Assembly (NCBI GenBank): GCA_963775425.1
Contig: CAVZJB010000017.1
Span: 416,001-480,000, forward strand
Source of the DNA: an uncultured delta proteobacterium
GTDB taxonomy: Bacteria; Myxococcota; UBA727; VGSZ01
Direction: 5' to 3'
Length of the DNA: 64,000 bases
The notes beneath the pieces were generated by a model. It did not search any database. It saw only the letters and a list, made by a program, of their open reading frames with translations, and had not been told where the DNA came from. The translations under genes and the position numbers were made by a program. Positions 9,226 to 20,524 of the stretch are shown piece by piece (position 1 is the first letter of the stretch; every line of letters starts with the position of its first letter).

Positions 9226-12200
9226 GCGACCCCTTCGATCCCACGGGGCGCAGCTACGCGCCGGGCTCACGCGTGCCGCGCACGCCGCGGGAGCGGCAGC
9301 GCACGCTGCCGCCCCTCGACGTCACCGAGGCGCTCCTCGGCAAGAAGCTGCTCGTCATCGGTGGCACCGGGTTCTTGGGCAAGGTGCTCGTCGGCATGCT
9401 GCTCGCCCGCTTCCCCGGCGTCGGTCACATCTACTTGATGGTCCGCGGCAAGGGGAAGCTGTCGCCCAAGGAGCGCTTCGAGCAGGAGCTGTGGCCCACG
9501 CCGTGCTTCGATCCGCTGCGCGCCGATTACCCGCTCGAGCACCTCTACGAAAAGCTCACGCCCATCCCCGGCGACGTCGTGCAGCCGCGCGCGGGCATCC
9601 CGCCCGACGTCCTCGACACGCTTCGCGCCGAGGGCATCGACGCCGTGTTGAACGTCGCGGGCGTCGTGAGCTTCGATCCGCCGCTCGACGAGGGACTGAA
9701 GGTCAACGCCGTCGGCGTGAAGAACCTCCTCGAGCTCTGCCGCGAGCTGGCGGTGCCCGTCGACGGCAGCTTCATCGGCTCGCGCGACAGCATCATGCCG
9801 TCGCCGCAGCGGGCGGTGCCGCTGTTGCACACGTCCACCTGCTACGTGGCCGGCGGCCGCATCGGCACCATCTGGGAGGAGGACCCGCGCCTGTTCCCCT
9901 TCCCCAAGTCCGACGCGCTCGCGCGCGAGCATTGGAGCCCGGAGCGCGAGCTCAAAGAGGGCCTCGAGATCGCCCGGCACCTGCGCGAGCGCAGCATGGA
10001 TGCGCAGATGGAGAGCCGCTTCCTCGAGCGCGCCAAGGCCAAGCTGCGCGAGCTCAACCGCCCCACCACGGGCGAGCCGCTCGAGCACGCCATCAAGAAG
10101 GAGCGCGACCGCTTCATCGACGACGAGCTCGGCAAGGCGGGCATGGAGCGCGCCAAGCACTGGGGCTGGCCCAACACGTACACGTACACCAAGTCCATCG
10201 GCGAGCAGTTGTTGGCGGAGTCGGGGCAGCCGTACACCATCGTGCGCCCCGCCATCGTGGAGTCGAGCATCGAGTTCCCCTTCCGCGGCTGGAACGAGGG
10301 CATCAACACGTCGGCGCCGCTCATCTACCTGGCGCTCAACGGCCACACGCGTTTCCCCACGCGACCGGGCAACGTTCTCGACGTCATCCCCGTCGACATG
10401 GTCTGCGCCGGCACCATCCTGTCGGCGGCGGCGCTCCTGCGCGGCGAGCAGGCGCCCGTCTATCAATACGGCTCCGCCGACTGTAATCCGCTCACGCTGC
10501 ACCGCCTCACGGAGCTGGTCGCGCTCCACCTGCGGCGCCACATGCGCAGCCGCAACCGCGGCAACCCTCTGATCAACCGCACGCGGGGCCGCTTCGGCAG
10601 CTACCCGGTGACGCCGGAGCACTACAACGCAACGTCGGCGCCGATGATCGCCAAGGTGCTCGACGCCGCCAGCGACGGGCTCGCGCTCTTCAAGAAGACG
10701 CCGGCGTCGTCGGTGGCGCGGTCGCTCGACAAGAACGTCAAGGCGGTGACCAAGCAACTGCGCACCGTCGACTTCATCCTGCAGACCTTCATCCCGTTCA
10801 TGGCCGAGTACACGTGGACCTTCCGCTGCGACAACACGCGCGGCGAGTACGCGCGCACCGTCGACGCGGACAAGGCCCGCCTGCCCTGGTGGCCGGAGAA
10901 GATCGACTGGCGCGACTACGTCATCGACGTCCACATCCGCGGCCTGAAGAAGTGGGTGTTCCCGCACCTCGACGCCAAGCTCTTGAAGCGCCCGCGCCCC
11001 GAGGACCGCTTCAGTGATCTGGTGAGCTTCCTCGAGGAGGTCGCCGAGCGCGAGGGCAACCGCGTCTGCATCCAGCGCCTCGTCGACGAGCCCGCCGCCG
11101 CCGGCTCGCCGCGGGGTGCGGCCGCCACGAACGGACGCCGAACGCTCGCCGGCGTCACGTACCGCGACCTCCGGCGCCGCGCCCACGCCTGCGCATCACG
11201 GCTCGCGGACATGCACGTGCACCCGGGCGCGCGCGTCGCCCTGGTGGCCAAGAACTCGCCCGAGTGGGCCATCGCGTTCTTCGGCATCCTGAGCGCGGGC
11301 GCGTGCGTCGTCCCCCTCGACCCCGCCCTCGACCCCGACGAGCTCGGCCGCCGCATGCGCGAGGTGGGCGCGGACATGGCCATCGTCGGCGGCGACGCAC
11401 CGTCGCCGTCGGAGGCCGCGTGCTTCGACCTCGCGGAGCTCGTGGAGCTGGCGCCGGAGATCACGGTGGAGGCGCCCGAGGTGCTCGTCCGCCCCGACGA
11501 CGTCGCGGTCATCGCGTTCACCGCCGGCACCACCGGCGCGCAGAAGCCCGTCGTGCTCACGCACAAGAACGTCACCGCCGTGCTCGCGAGCGTGGCGCCG
11601 CTGTTCAAGATCTCCTCGCGCGACTCGGGCCTCTCCGTGCTGCCGCTGTTTCATACCTTCGAGCTCACCTGTGGGCTCTTGTTGCCCATGCTGCGCGGCG
11701 CCCGCGTCACCACCGTCGACGACGTCACGGCCGAGTCGCTGGCGGACGCGTTCCAGGTCGCCGGCATCACCGCGATGATCGGCGTCCCCCAGGTCTGGGA
11801 GGAGCTCGAGGAGAAGATCCGCGCCGACCTCGAGACGTCGGGGCCGCTGTCGGAGGCGGCGTTCCAGGCGGGGCTGTTCCTGAACCGCACCCTCGGCAAG
11901 GCGCTCGGCATCAACCTCGGCCGCATCATCTTCCGCCCCATCCACGACCGCCTCGGCGGGCGCGTGCGCTTCCTCGTGTCCACGGGCGGGCCGGTGCCCA
12001 AGAAGACCGCCGACACCTTCCGCGCCCTCGGCATCGAGCTCAAGCAGGGCTACGGCCTCACCGAGGCCGCGCCCGTGCTCGCGCTCGGCGACGCCAAGGG
12101 CCAGCGGCCGGTGCCCGGCGTCGAGGTGGAGATCCGCGACGTCCGCGAGGACGGCGTCGGCGAGATCGTCGCCCGCGGCGACGCCGTCATGCGCGGCTAC

Positions 12201-13937
12201 GTCGACGACGAGCTCACCGCCGAGGCCCTGGGGCAGGACGGTTGGCTCCGGACCGGTGACCTCGGGCGCATCGACAAAGACGGCCGCATCACCGTCATCG
12301 CGCGCGACAACGAGGTCATCACGCTCGCGTCCGGCCGGCGCGTCTACCCGCGCGGCATCGAGGAGGCGCTCCAAAAGACCAAGGGCGTCCTGGAGGTCTG
12401 CGTCGTCGGCGTCCCCGACGGCCAGGGCGGCGAGCGCGTGGCGTGTCTGGTCGTCGCCGGCGAAGGCGGCGAGGCCGGCAAGCCCGCGGCAGACAAGCCC
12501 GTCCACCACGACGAGGCCCCGCGCGACTTCGCCGCGCTCGAGCGCGCCGTCGCCTGGGGAGCGCGCAAGCTCGACGAGCACGAGCGCCCGACGCTCATCG
12601 TCGCCACGGCACGTCCGCTCCCGCGCACCACCGACCGCAAGGTGAAGCGCCCCGAGGTGCTCGCCGCGCTCGTCGCCGAAGAGAGCCGGCGCACCACGAA
12701 GGCGGCGACGTCCCTCACGCCCACCGAGGTGCTCGGGCCCAGGGACGTGGGCGCGAGCGAGCGCGAGCCGCGGCTCGCCGCTCCCGGGCGCAAGCGGGTC
12801 AAGAAGGCGGCCGACGAGCCCGTGGAGGTGCCGGCGCCGTTGCGCGACGCGCTCAAGGGCGTGCTCGGTGGCATGCAGAAGGCCTTCTACCAGCGCGGCC
12901 TCGACGTCGAGGTCGAAGGCGAGCACAACATTCCGTGGGACCGGCAGACCATCGTGGTCTCCAACCACTCGAGCCACCTCGACATGGGGCTCGTGAAGAC
13001 CGCGCTCGGCGGGTACGGCGAAGACATCGTCACCCTCGCCGCCAAGGACTACTTCTTCGAGGGCAAGTGGCGCCGCACGTACTTCGAGAAGCTCACCAAC
13101 CTCCGCCCGCTCGATCGCGGTGACAACCCGCGCGAGGCCATGCGCGAGGCGTCGGGCCTCCTCGAGCGCGGGCACACGGTGCTGGTGTTCCCCGAGGGGA
13201 CGCGCACCTCCACCGGCGAGATGGCACCGTTCAAACCGGGCGTCACCTATCTCGCGCTCAAGCACGGCATCGACATCCTGCCGGTGTACGTCGACGGCAC
13301 CTTCCGCTCCATGCCGCGTGGCAGCTTCGTCCCCAAGAATCGCCACGTCGCCGTGCGCATCGGCGAGACCCTGTCCGCGCGCGCGCTCTCGGCGGCCACC
13401 GCCGGGATGAAGCCGTCGGCGGCGTACCAGCGCACGGTGGTCGTCGTGCAACGCGCCGTGGAGGCGCTGCGCGACCGCCGCGCGTTCCATCTCGAGCGCG
13501 CCCTCGACGAGGCCCTCGGGCGCGCGCCCGCCGTCACGCCGCACGCAAACGGCTCGAACGGCGCGGGGCTCAACGGCCGCGCCGGGAACAACGGCGTGGG
13601 CGGCGAGAGTGAGACCGCCCGCGTGCTCCGCGAGATCTTCGCCGACCTCGAGAAGCGGTTTCAGAAGGACGCCGTCAAGGAGCCGGCCAACTTCTACTTC
13701 AAGCTCGGCGACAGCTTGGAGAGCAAGTGGACCGTGCAGGTGTCGCAGGACGGCTGCCGCATCGTCAACGAGAAGCTCGAAGGCGTCGACGCCGTCGTCA
13801 TCAAGACGGATCCCAAGATGTTCACGCGCATCATGCGCGATCACTACGCCCCCGACATCAGCGAGTTCCTCGACGGGACCATCAAGACCAACAACCCCGA
13901 GCTGCTCGCGATGTTCCTGTCGTTCTTCAACCTCTGA
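9222..13937 (+). CDS. elbD: ElbD-like multidomain lipid enzyme: fatty acyl reductase + AMP-binding + PlsC-type acyltransferase + SCP2-like domain
   Basis: GTG at 9222 overlaps upstream stop; GGTGFLGK and YTYTK (FAR); TAGTTG, GYGLTE, RTGDLG (adenylation); NHSSHLD, FPEGTR (acyltransferase); C-terminal SCP2-like segment. Confidence 0.8.
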   Translation: MSDPFDPTGRSYAPGSRVPRTPRERQRTLPPLDVTEALLGKKLLVIGGTGFLGKVLVGMLLARFPGVGHIYLMVRGKGKLSPKERFEQELWPTPCFDPLRADYPLEHLYEKLTPIPGDVVQPRAGIPPDVLDTLRAEGIDAVLNVAGVVSFDPPLDEGLKVNAVGVKNLLELCRELAVPVDGSFIGSRDSIMPSPQRAVPLLHTSTCYVAGGRIGTIWEEDPRLFPFPKSDALAREHWSPERELKEGLEIARHLRERSMDAQMESRFLERAKAKLRELNRPTTGEPLEHAIKKERDRFIDDELGKAGMERAKHWGWPNTYTYTKSIGEQLLAESGQPYTIVRPAIVESSIEFPFRGWNEGINTSAPLIYLALNGHTRFPTRPGNVLDVIPVDMVCAGTILSAAALLRGEQAPVYQYGSADCNPLTLHRLTELVALHLRRHMRSRNRGNPLINRTRGRFGSYPVTPEHYNATSAPMIAKVLDAASDGLALFKKTPASSVARSLDKNVKAVTKQLRTVDFILQTFIPFMAEYTWTFRCDNTRGEYARTVDADKARLPWWPEKIDWRDYVIDVHIRGLKKWVFPHLDAKLLKRPRPEDRFSDLVSFLEEVAEREGNRVCIQRLVDEPAAAGSPRGAAATNGRRTLAGVTYRDLRRRAHACASRLADMHVHPGARVALVAKNSPEWAIAFFGILSAGACVVPLDPALDPDELGRRMREVGADMAIVGGDAPSPSEAACFDLAELVELAPEITVEAPEVLVRPDDVAVIAFTAGTTGAQKPVVLTHKNVTAVLASVAPLFKISSRDSGLSVLPLFHTFELTCGLLLPMLRGARVTTVDDVTAESLADAFQVAGITAMIGVPQVWEELEEKIRADLETSGPLSEAAFQAGLFLNRTLGKALGINLGRIIFRPIHDRLGGRVRFLVSTGGPVPKKTADTFRALGIELKQGYGLTEAAPVLALGDAKGQRPVPGVEVEIRDVREDGVGEIVARGDAVMRGYVDDELTAEALGQDGWLRTGDLGRIDKDGRITVIARDNEVITLASGRRVYPRGIEEALQKTKGVLEVCVVGVPDGQGGERVACLVVAGEGGEAGKPAADKPVHHDEAPRDFAALERAVAWGARKLDEHERPTLIVATARPLPRTTDRKVKRPEVLAALVAEESRRTTKAATSLTPTEVLGPRDVGASEREPRLAAPGRKRVKKAADEPVEVPAPLRDALKGVLGGMQKAFYQRGLDVEVEGEHNIPWDRQTIVVSNHSSHLDMGLVKTALGGYGEDIVTLAAKDYFFEGKWRRTYFEKLTNLRPLDRGDNPREAMREASGLLERGHTVLVFPEGTRTSTGEMAPFKPGVTYLALKHGIDILPVYVDGTFRSMPRGSFVPKNRHVAVRIGETLSARALSAATAGMKPSAAYQRTVVVVQRAVEALRDRRAFHLERALDEALGRAPAVTPHANGSNGAGLNGRAGNNGVGGESETARVLREIFADLEKRFQKDAVKEPANFYFKLGDSLESKWTVQVSQDGCRIVNEKLEGVDAVVIKTDPKMFTRIMRDHYAPDISEFLDGTIKTNNPELLAMFLSFFNL

Positions 13938-14953
13938 TGCGCGACGTCCTCCTCGAGACCCTGCGCTGTCCCTCCTGCCGCGGCACGCTCGCGGTGGCCG
14001 ACGGCGCCACCGAGGGGCCGCACGTCGTCCGCGGCCGGCTCGTGTGCGGCGGCTGCGGAGAGGGCTGGCCGATCATCGACGGTGTCCCCGACTTCGTCTC
14101 GGCGCGGGGCGCCGAGGCGGTGGAGCAGACCACCAGCGGCTTCGCCGTGAACTGGCGCCGCTACAGCGACGTCATCCTCGCCCAGCCCGCCTTGAACGAC
14201 GAGCTGTTCCGCGACTGGATTGCGCCCATGCAACCCGAGCGCTTCGAGGGCCGGATGGTGCTCGACGCCGGCTGCGGCATGGGGCGATGGCTCGCCGCCG
14301 CAGCGCCGCACGCGCCCAGGCAGCTCATCGGCTTCGACTACTCCGAGGTGGCCCACGCCGCGTTCAACAACACGCGCCACCTCAAGCACGTGCACGTGGT
14401 GCGCGCGGACATCTTCCGCTTGCCCTTCGCGCCGGTGTTCGACGCCTGCTACTCCATCGGCGTCGTGCACCACACGCCCGACCCCGAGGGCGCGTTCGCC
14501 GCGCTCCTCGAGGCGGTGAAGCCCGACGGCGTGCTCGCGGTGTGGGTCTACGGCAAGGAGAACAACGAGTGGATCGAGACGGTCATCTCCCCGGTGCGCC
14601 GGGTGTTGACGAGCCGCCTGCCCGATCCCGTTCTCTACGGGCTCAGCAAGGTCCTCACGCTCCAGCTCGCCGCCGCTGCCCGCACCTACGCGCGCGCGTT
14701 CCCCACGCCCACGTCGTTTTCTTACGACGCCTACGCGCGTCACCTGCTCAAGTACCCGCGCGCGTATCTCGAGCACATCGTCTACGACCACCTCGTCCCG
14801 CAACTGGCCCGGTACCTGTCGCGTGAAGAGGTGGAGAGCTGGGCCGCCCGGCGGCAGCTCGCGTTCTCGCTGACGTCGAGGAACGCGAACTCGTGGCGCC
14901 TCATCGCCGCGCGCACGCCCGCCGCCCTGGAGGCCTTCACGACGGACGCGTGA
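13937..14953 (+). CDS. Trm112-like Zn-ribbon + class I SAM-dependent methyltransferase
   Basis: TGATG coupling; LRCPSC..CGGC..IIDGVPDF; VLDAGCGMG; SIGVVHHTPDP. Confidence 0.85.
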   Translation: MRDVLLETLRCPSCRGTLAVADGATEGPHVVRGRLVCGGCGEGWPIIDGVPDFVSARGAEAVEQTTSGFAVNWRRYSDVILAQPALNDELFRDWIAPMQPERFEGRMVLDAGCGMGRWLAAAAPHAPRQLIGFDYSEVAHAAFNNTRHLKHVHVVRADIFRLPFAPVFDACYSIGVVHHTPDPEGAFAALLEAVKPDGVLAVWVYGKENNEWIETVISPVRRVLTSRLPDPVLYGLSKVLTLQLAAAARTYARAFPTPTSFSYDAYARHLLKYPRAYLEHIVYDHLVPQLARYLSREEVESWAARRQLAFSLTSRNANSWRLIAARTPAALEAFTTDA

Positions 14954-15035
14954 GCCCGGTTGACCGCTGCCGCTGCTGCGGCACGCTCGTCGTGACGGGC
15001 GGCGGCCGGGCCTCGGCGTCTCCCGAGGAGCATCG

Positions 15036-16058
15036 ATGACATCCGCGTCCCTCGTCCTCGTCACCGGCGGCACCGGCTTCATCGGCCGCCACACCGTCGG
15101 CGCGCTGCTCGCCGCCGGACACCGCGTGCGCTGCCTGTGCCGCGGGGACGAGCCATCGCTGCGCGAGGCGGGCGCCGAGGTCGTCCGCGGCGACGTCCTC
15201 ATCAAGGACTCCGTCGAGCGCGCGCTCGAAGGCGTCGACGCCGTGGTGCACGGCGCGGGCCTGGTCTCCCGCTCCTCCGACGACAGCGCGCTGATGATGC
15301 GCCTGCACGTCGACGGTACCCGCCACGTGGTCGGCCTCGCCTGCGAGCGCGGCGTGCGCCGCGTGATCCACCTGTCCACCTCGGGCACGGTGGCGGTCGG
15401 CACCGATCCGGCGATGGTGTATCGCGAGGACGACCCGGTCCCCTTCGAGCAGCTCGCGCGTTTCCCCTACTACCTGTCCAAGTGGCTCGCCGAACGCGTC
15501 GCCGACGATTGCGCGCGCCTGGCGGGGACCCGCACCGGCGTCGTCACGCTGAACCCGTCCCTGGCCCTCGGCCCCGGTGACACGCGCGGCAGCTCCACCA
15601 CCGACGTGAAGCGCTTCCTCCACCGGGAGCTCCCCATCGTCCCGTCCGGCGGCTTCTCCTTCGTCGACGCGCGCGACGTCGCCGGCGCCGTCGTCGCCGC
15701 CCTCGAGCAGGGGCGCCCGGGCGAGCGCTATCTCCTCGGCGCGCTCAACTGCACCTTCGCCGAATTCTTCGCGCGCCTCTCCGAGGTGAGCGGCGTGCGC
15801 GGCCCCGCGCTCGGGGTCCCGCTGCCCAAGCGCGTCGCCACGCTCGGCATCGGCCTGCTCGAGCGGCTCGCCGGCACGGTGGGCGCCAAGCTGCCCGTGA
15901 GCACCGTCGAGGCCGAGATGGCTTCGTGCTTCTGGTACGTCGACGGGCGCAAGGCCGAGCGCGCGCTGGGCTTCGCCGCGCGCGATCCCATGATCACCTT
16001 GCTCGACACCGTGCGCGACGTCCGCGGCGAGACGCGCGTCGAGAAGCGCGTCGGTTGA
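15036..16058 (+). CDS. NAD-dependent epimerase/dehydratase (extended SDR, ElbE/HpnA-like)
   Basis: TGGTGFIG, YYLSK, FVDARDVA. Confidence 0.88.
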   Translation: MTSASLVLVTGGTGFIGRHTVGALLAAGHRVRCLCRGDEPSLREAGAEVVRGDVLIKDSVERALEGVDAVVHGAGLVSRSSDDSALMMRLHVDGTRHVVGLACERGVRRVIHLSTSGTVAVGTDPAMVYREDDPVPFEQLARFPYYLSKWLAERVADDCARLAGTRTGVVTLNPSLALGPGDTRGSSTTDVKRFLHRELPIVPSGGFSFVDARDVAGAVVAALEQGRPGERYLLGALNCTFAEFFARLSEVSGVRGPALGVPLPKRVATLGIGLLERLAGTVGAKLPVSTVEAEMASCFWYVDGRKAERALGFAARDPMITLLDTVRDVRGETRVEKRVG

Positions 16059-16068
16059 GGCGGCGACA

Positions 16069-17928
16069 TCACCACGAGGCAATCAGGCGCGGGGGCGGCT
16101 GTCGCTCGACGTCGCAGATGAACGCGTTGGCGGCGTCGCGCGTGAAGCGCGCCCGCACGGGGCTGTTTGGCACGACGCCGGCGCAGCGGTGATGGGGCAC
16201 GTCGAGCCAGACCTCGCCGCAGCCCATGCGCGGCAGCACCGCCGTGGCGACGCCTTCTTGGTCCGGGAGCAGGTGAACGCGGAGAAGCGGGCTCCGCCGC
16301 GGCCACCAGCCCGCGACGGCGTCGGCCGGGCCGTCGAGCCCGCTGAGCTCGATGACGCCGTCGCAGCCTTGGAACGTCCCGATGAACAGACCGCCGTCGG
16401 CGAACGTGGGGACGAAGCCGGCCTCGTCGAGCAGCGCGCGATCCTGGGGCTCGCCGTAGAAGATCACGCCCTCGTCGGTGGACGCGTGCGAGAGCAGCAC
16501 GCGCAGTAAGCGGCGGCGATCCTCCGGCGTGCGCGCCCGGGCGACCTCGAGCCAGCTCTCCTTCTCGGGCACGTCGCCCTGCCAGGGCGCTTTGCGCAGC
16601 GCGAGGTGCATCGACGCGATGCGGTCCTGCGCGTACGCCGTGGCTCCGCCCAACTCCATCGCGTAGAGCGCGTCGACGTGGATGAGCGGCGTGAAGGAGT
16701 CGATGCCGAAGCTCTCGCGGCGCGCGCCCCAGAAGCTCACGATCACCGGGAGGTAGTCGAGCGGGTGGGGCTTCACCTTGCCGAGCCCCGCGAGCGCCGG
16801 CCTGGCCGCGTCGCGGATCTCCGCGTGCAGGCGCGCCGCGGATGCGAACGATCCCACGGCGTAGCCGGCGATCACCACGACGGCGACCGCCTTGCCGCGG
16901 ACACCCGCGCGCTCGACGGCGACGAGGGCGAACAACAGCGCGGTCCCGAGCGGGAGGCAGCGCACGTCGAAGAGCTGCCAGCTCAAGAAGTCGCGCGGGA
17001 GGCTCATCGACACCAACACGAGCGCGGCGCCGACGACCACCAGGCCGCGCTCCTCCCGGCGGCCCGTGCCGCGGCGCCCGCCCCGCACCGCGATGAGGGC
17101 GCCGCCGCACGCGAGCGCCAGGCAGGCGAACGGACGCAGCAGGCCGCGCGGCTGGAAGGCGCTCTCGACGAAGAGCGTGCGCTCGACGAGCCCGGGAAAC
17201 AGCGGCTCGCCTCCACCACCTCGCACGTCCACCGCCGTGCGGCTCGCGAGCACCATGATGACGAGCGCAGGCAGCGAGGCGACAAAGAGCGCGAGCCATG
17301 CACGCAGCAAGGGACCGCGCCCCTCGCCGCGCGCGAGCACCACCGCGCCCGCGGCGAGGCCCGCGAGGCCGGCGGCGAAGACGTGGCAGTACGCGGCCAG
17401 CAAGAGGAGCACCCCGGTGGCGACGTGGTCGACGACCCCCGGCCTCTCCTTGCGAACGAACGCGGCGAGCGCGAGCAGGCCGAACGCGGTGCCGAGCATG
17501 AACGGGTAGAAGCCGAAGTACAGAGACGTCTGCAGCGCCAAGGGGAAGCCGAGGAGGCCGACGACCGCCCGGCGAGGCGCGAGCGCGACGACAAACACGA
17601 AGAAGGACACCGCCCAGAGCTCGGCGACGATGACGATGGAGGTCTGCATCGCGAGGCGCCAGCCGAGCGCAGGCAGCAACCAGCGAAACACGTTGTCGAA
17701 GCCGCGCGACGTCCACGGCGAATTGGCCACGAAGCGCTCGGCGAAGCCGAGCGAGGCGTCGTGGAGCCGCGCGTGGATGAAGGCGCCCTGCACGTGGCTT
17801 GGCCCGTCGTTGGACAGGAACGGGACCTCGATGCAGATGACACCCGCGAGGGCGACGGCGGAGGCGACGAAGGCGACGATCAGGGCGGCTGCGAGCGCGC
17901 GCCCTCGAGGAGAACCGCCGCCGGTCAC
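16069..17928 (-). CDS. Multi-pass membrane protein, possibly GT-C-fold glycosyltransferase-like
   Basis: GTG start overlaps the hutH stop; many hydrophobic segments; N-terminal NDGPSH motif; soluble C-terminal region. Confidence 0.65.
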   Translation of the reverse strand: MTGGGSPRGRALAAALIVAFVASAVALAGVICIEVPFLSNDGPSHVQGAFIHARLHDASLGFAERFVANSPWTSRGFDNVFRWLLPALGWRLAMQTSIVIVAELWAVSFFVFVVALAPRRAVVGLLGFPLALQTSLYFGFYPFMLGTAFGLLALAAFVRKERPGVVDHVATGVLLLLAAYCHVFAAGLAGLAAGAVVLARGEGRGPLLRAWLALFVASLPALVIMVLASRTAVDVRGGGGEPLFPGLVERTLFVESAFQPRGLLRPFACLALACGGALIAVRGGRRGTGRREERGLVVVGAALVLVSMSLPRDFLSWQLFDVRCLPLGTALLFALVAVERAGVRGKAVAVVVIAGYAVGSFASAARLHAEIRDAARPALAGLGKVKPHPLDYLPVIVSFWGARRESFGIDSFTPLIHVDALYAMELGGATAYAQDRIASMHLALRKAPWQGDVPEKESWLEVARARTPEDRRRLLRVLLSHASTDEGVIFYGEPQDRALLDEAGFVPTFADGGLFIGTFQGCDGVIELSGLDGPADAVAGWWPRRSPLLRVHLLPDQEGVATAVLPRMGCGEVWLDVPHHRCAGVVPNSPVRARFTRDAANAFICDVERQPPPRLIASW

Positions 17929-19490
17929 ACCACGACCGGACCCACCGCAGCGAGGACGTCGTCGCCGCAAACGAGGCGCTCGACCGCTTCGAGGTCGACG
18001 CCGAAGGCGCGGTCCACCGGAGCGAACGCGATGTCGTTGCGCAACCGCGCGTGCACGACGGTGAGGGCACGCCCGGGCGAGAGCGGCGCGCGCAGGTCGA
18101 TGCCCTGGCACGCGCAGAACAACTCCAGCCCGAGGACACGCCGGACGTTTTCCACCACCTGCGCCGCCTTGTTGGCGGACGTCATGCCCATGCTGACGTG
18201 ATCCTCGCGGTTCGCCGACGACGGGATGCTGTCGACGACGGCGGGGTGACAGAGGATCTTGTTCTCGTTGATCAGCGCGGCCGCCGTCACCTGGACGATC
18301 ATGAAGCCGCTGTTGAGACCCGGCTCCGGCGCGAGGAACGCCGGCAGGCCCGAAGACAGCGCCGGGTTCACGAGCTGCTCGATGCGGCGCTCGGAGATGG
18401 ACGCGAGCTCGGCGACGGCGATGGCGAGCAGATCGAGCGCCATCGCGATGGGCTGCCCGTGGAAGTTGCCGCCCGACACCACCTCGGGGGCCGTGAACCG
18501 ATCGGGGCCGACCTCGTCGTCGGCGGCGTCTTCGTCGAGAAACACGAGCGGGTTGTCGGTGGCGGACGTCACCTCCCGTTCGATCACGGAGCGCACCCAG
18601 GCGAGCGCGTCGCGCGTGGCGCCGTGCACCTGCGGCATGCAGCGCAGGGAGTACGGGTCCTGCACTTTGCCGCAGTCCTTGTGCGACTCCATGATCTCGC
18701 TGCCCGCGAGGAGGCGCAGGAGGTTCGCGGCCACGGTGCGCTGACCGGGGTGCGGGCGCTTGTCGTGGATGCGCGGATCGAACGCCTTCCACGTGCCCTT
18801 GAGGGCGTCGAGCGAGCAAGCGCCGACGACGTCGGCGAGCCGGCAGAGGCGCTCGGACTCGAGGAGCGAGAGCAGGCCGACGGCGGTCATCGCCTGGGTG
18901 CCGTTGATGAGCGCCAGGCCCTCCTTGGCCTCGAGCGCGAGCGGCTCGACGCCCGCGGCGGCGAACGCTGCGGCGGCCGGTACGCGCTCGCCCCGGAGGA
19001 GGGCGTCCCCCTCGCCGAGGAGGAGGCGCGCCGTGTGCGCCAGCGGCGCGAGATCGCCGGAGGCGCCGACGCTGCCCTTGCGCGGCACGACGGGCGCGGC
19101 GCCCGCGTTGAGGAGTGCGACGACGGTGTCGAGCACGATGGCGCGGCAGCCGGAGCACCCCGCGGCGAGCGTTGACGCACGCAGGAACATGAGCGCGCGC
19201 GCCTCGGCGAAACTGAGGGGAAGGCCGACGCCGACGGCGTGGCTCTCGATGAGGTTCTTCTGGAGCAGGCCGACCTTGTCCGGCGGGATCTTCACCTCTG
19301 CGAGCGCGCCGAAGCCGGTGTTGATGCCGTAGTGCGGCTCGTTGCCGCGGGCCATCTCGTCGACGAGCTCCCGCGCGCGCGCCATGCGATCACGGACCGC
19401 CGCAGCCACGACGACGCGCGCCTCGCCGCGCGCGACGGCGGCCACGTCCTCGAGCGCGAGCGTCTTTCCGTCGAGAACGACCTCGCGCAC
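17925..19490 (-). CDS. hutH: Histidine ammonia-lyase
   Basis: [20 protein letters not shown] (MIO-forming ASG), LIESHAVG (SH = His specificity), [21 protein letters not shown]. Confidence 0.95.
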   Translation of the reverse strand: MREVVLDGKTLALEDVAAVARGEARVVVAAAVRDRMARARELVDEMARGNEPHYGINTGFGALAEVKIPPDKVGLLQKNLIESHAVGVGLPLSFAEARALMFLRASTLAAGCSGCRAIVLDTVVALLNAGAAPVVPRKGSVGASGDLAPLAHTARLLLGEGDALLRGERVPAAAAFAAAGVEPLALEAKEGLALINGTQAMTAVGLLSLLESERLCRLADVVGACSLDALKGTWKAFDPRIHDKRPHPGQRTVAANLLRLLAGSEIMESHKDCGKVQDPYSLRCMPQVHGATRDALAWVRSVIEREVTSATDNPLVFLDEDAADDEVGPDRFTAPEVVSGGNFHGQPIAMALDLLAIAVAELASISERRIEQLVNPALSSGLPAFLAPEPGLNSGFMIVQVTAAALINENKILCHPAVVDSIPSSANREDHVSMGMTSANKAAQVVENVRRVLGLELFCACQGIDLRAPLSPGRALTVVHARLRNDIAFAPVDRAFGVDLEAVERLVCGDDVLAAVGPVVV

Positions 19491-19491
19491 C

Positions 19492-20031
19492 TCAGCCTCC
19501 CGCCTGCTGCCGGCATACCGCGCACATCTGGTCCACCGACGCGGTGGAGGCGACCTCGCAGAGCCCCTGATCCTGATCGCACACGAAGGTGAGCGTGCAG
19601 TCGAAGTGCTGGTCGGCGACGGGGTTGCCGTCGGCGCCGAGGACGGGGCACGACAGGTGCTTGGTGCACTCCGCGTCGGCGGCGCAGCGCTCGAAGCCGC
19701 ACTCTCCGCGCGCCGCGAACCTGCCGCAGATGTCGTCGCAGGACAGCCCGCTGAAGTCGTCCTCGCACGTCTGCGTGGCGCCTTCGCAGCGGAAGGCGAG
19801 CGTGCAGTCGTTGCGCACCTGGGTCTGCGCGTCGATGCACTGGCAGGTGCGCTTGCAGTTGGCGGAGCTCTCGCACGGCCGCGGGCAGCCGGCGGCGGCC
19901 AGCAGCGCCGCGAACGACGTGGTCAAAAGCAGCACGCGGCCCGCGCCGATCGAGCGCAGCCGCGCCCTCCGGTCGCCGATCGCGCGGGCCCGGGGCCGCG
20001 CCCCCGAGGCGCTGTCACGCACGCGTGCCAT
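19492..20031 (-). CDS. Cys-rich putative lipoprotein
   Basis: Hydrophobic stretch ending LLAAAGC, then two similar Cys-rich modules (DCTLAFRC / DCTLTFVC). Confidence 0.65.
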   Translation of the reverse strand: MARVRDSASGARPRARAIGDRRARLRSIGAGRVLLLTTSFAALLAAAGCPRPCESSANCKRTCQCIDAQTQVRNDCTLAFRCEGATQTCEDDFSGLSCDDICGRFAARGECGFERCAADAECTKHLSCPVLGADGNPVADQHFDCTLTFVCDQDQGLCEVASTASVDQMCAVCRQQAGG

Positions 20032-20092
20032 GCCTCGTCGGTGCCACACGCGGCCGCTCGACACAAGGGCGAGGCATCGGGGACACTCGCCC

Positions 20093-20494
20093 ATGGTCGA
20101 CGTCACCGGGGCCCAGCGACGACGCAGCGCAGCGCTCGTGTGCGCCATGGTGCTCCTGGCCGCCGGCGGCGCGCTGTCCCGCCTGCCCCATGGCGGCCGC
20201 GCTCCCGCGCCGTGCCCCCGACCTGCGCTCCGCGGGGACGTGCTCGTCTGCGACGGCGCCGGCGCGCCCGCGGGCGCCCGCGCCTGGCTGGCGGGGCACA
20301 AGCTCGACGTCAACACGGCCAACGAGCGCGCCTTCGAGGCGCTCCCCGGCGTCGGCCCCTCCCTCGCGCACGCCATCGTCGCGGCCCGCGCCGCGCGCGG
20401 CGGCTTCACCTCGCTCGACGAGCTCGACGACGTACCCGGCATCGGCCCAAAGACGCTCGACAAGCTGCGCGCGTTCCTCGAGGTCTCCCGATAG
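20093..20494 (+). CDS. ComEA-like helix-hairpin-helix DNA-binding protein
   Basis: N-terminal TM segment; LDVNTA, LPGVGP and VPGIGPK HhH motifs. Confidence 0.8.
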   Translation: MVDVTGAQRRRSAALVCAMVLLAAGGALSRLPHGGRAPAPCPRPALRGDVLVCDGAGAPAGARAWLAGHKLDVNTANERAFEALPGVGPSLAHAIVAARAARGGFTSLDELDDVPGIGPKTLDKLRAFLEVSR

Positions 20495-20524
20495 CGCGCG
20501 TGACAGGAGCGGGCGCCCTGGGCG

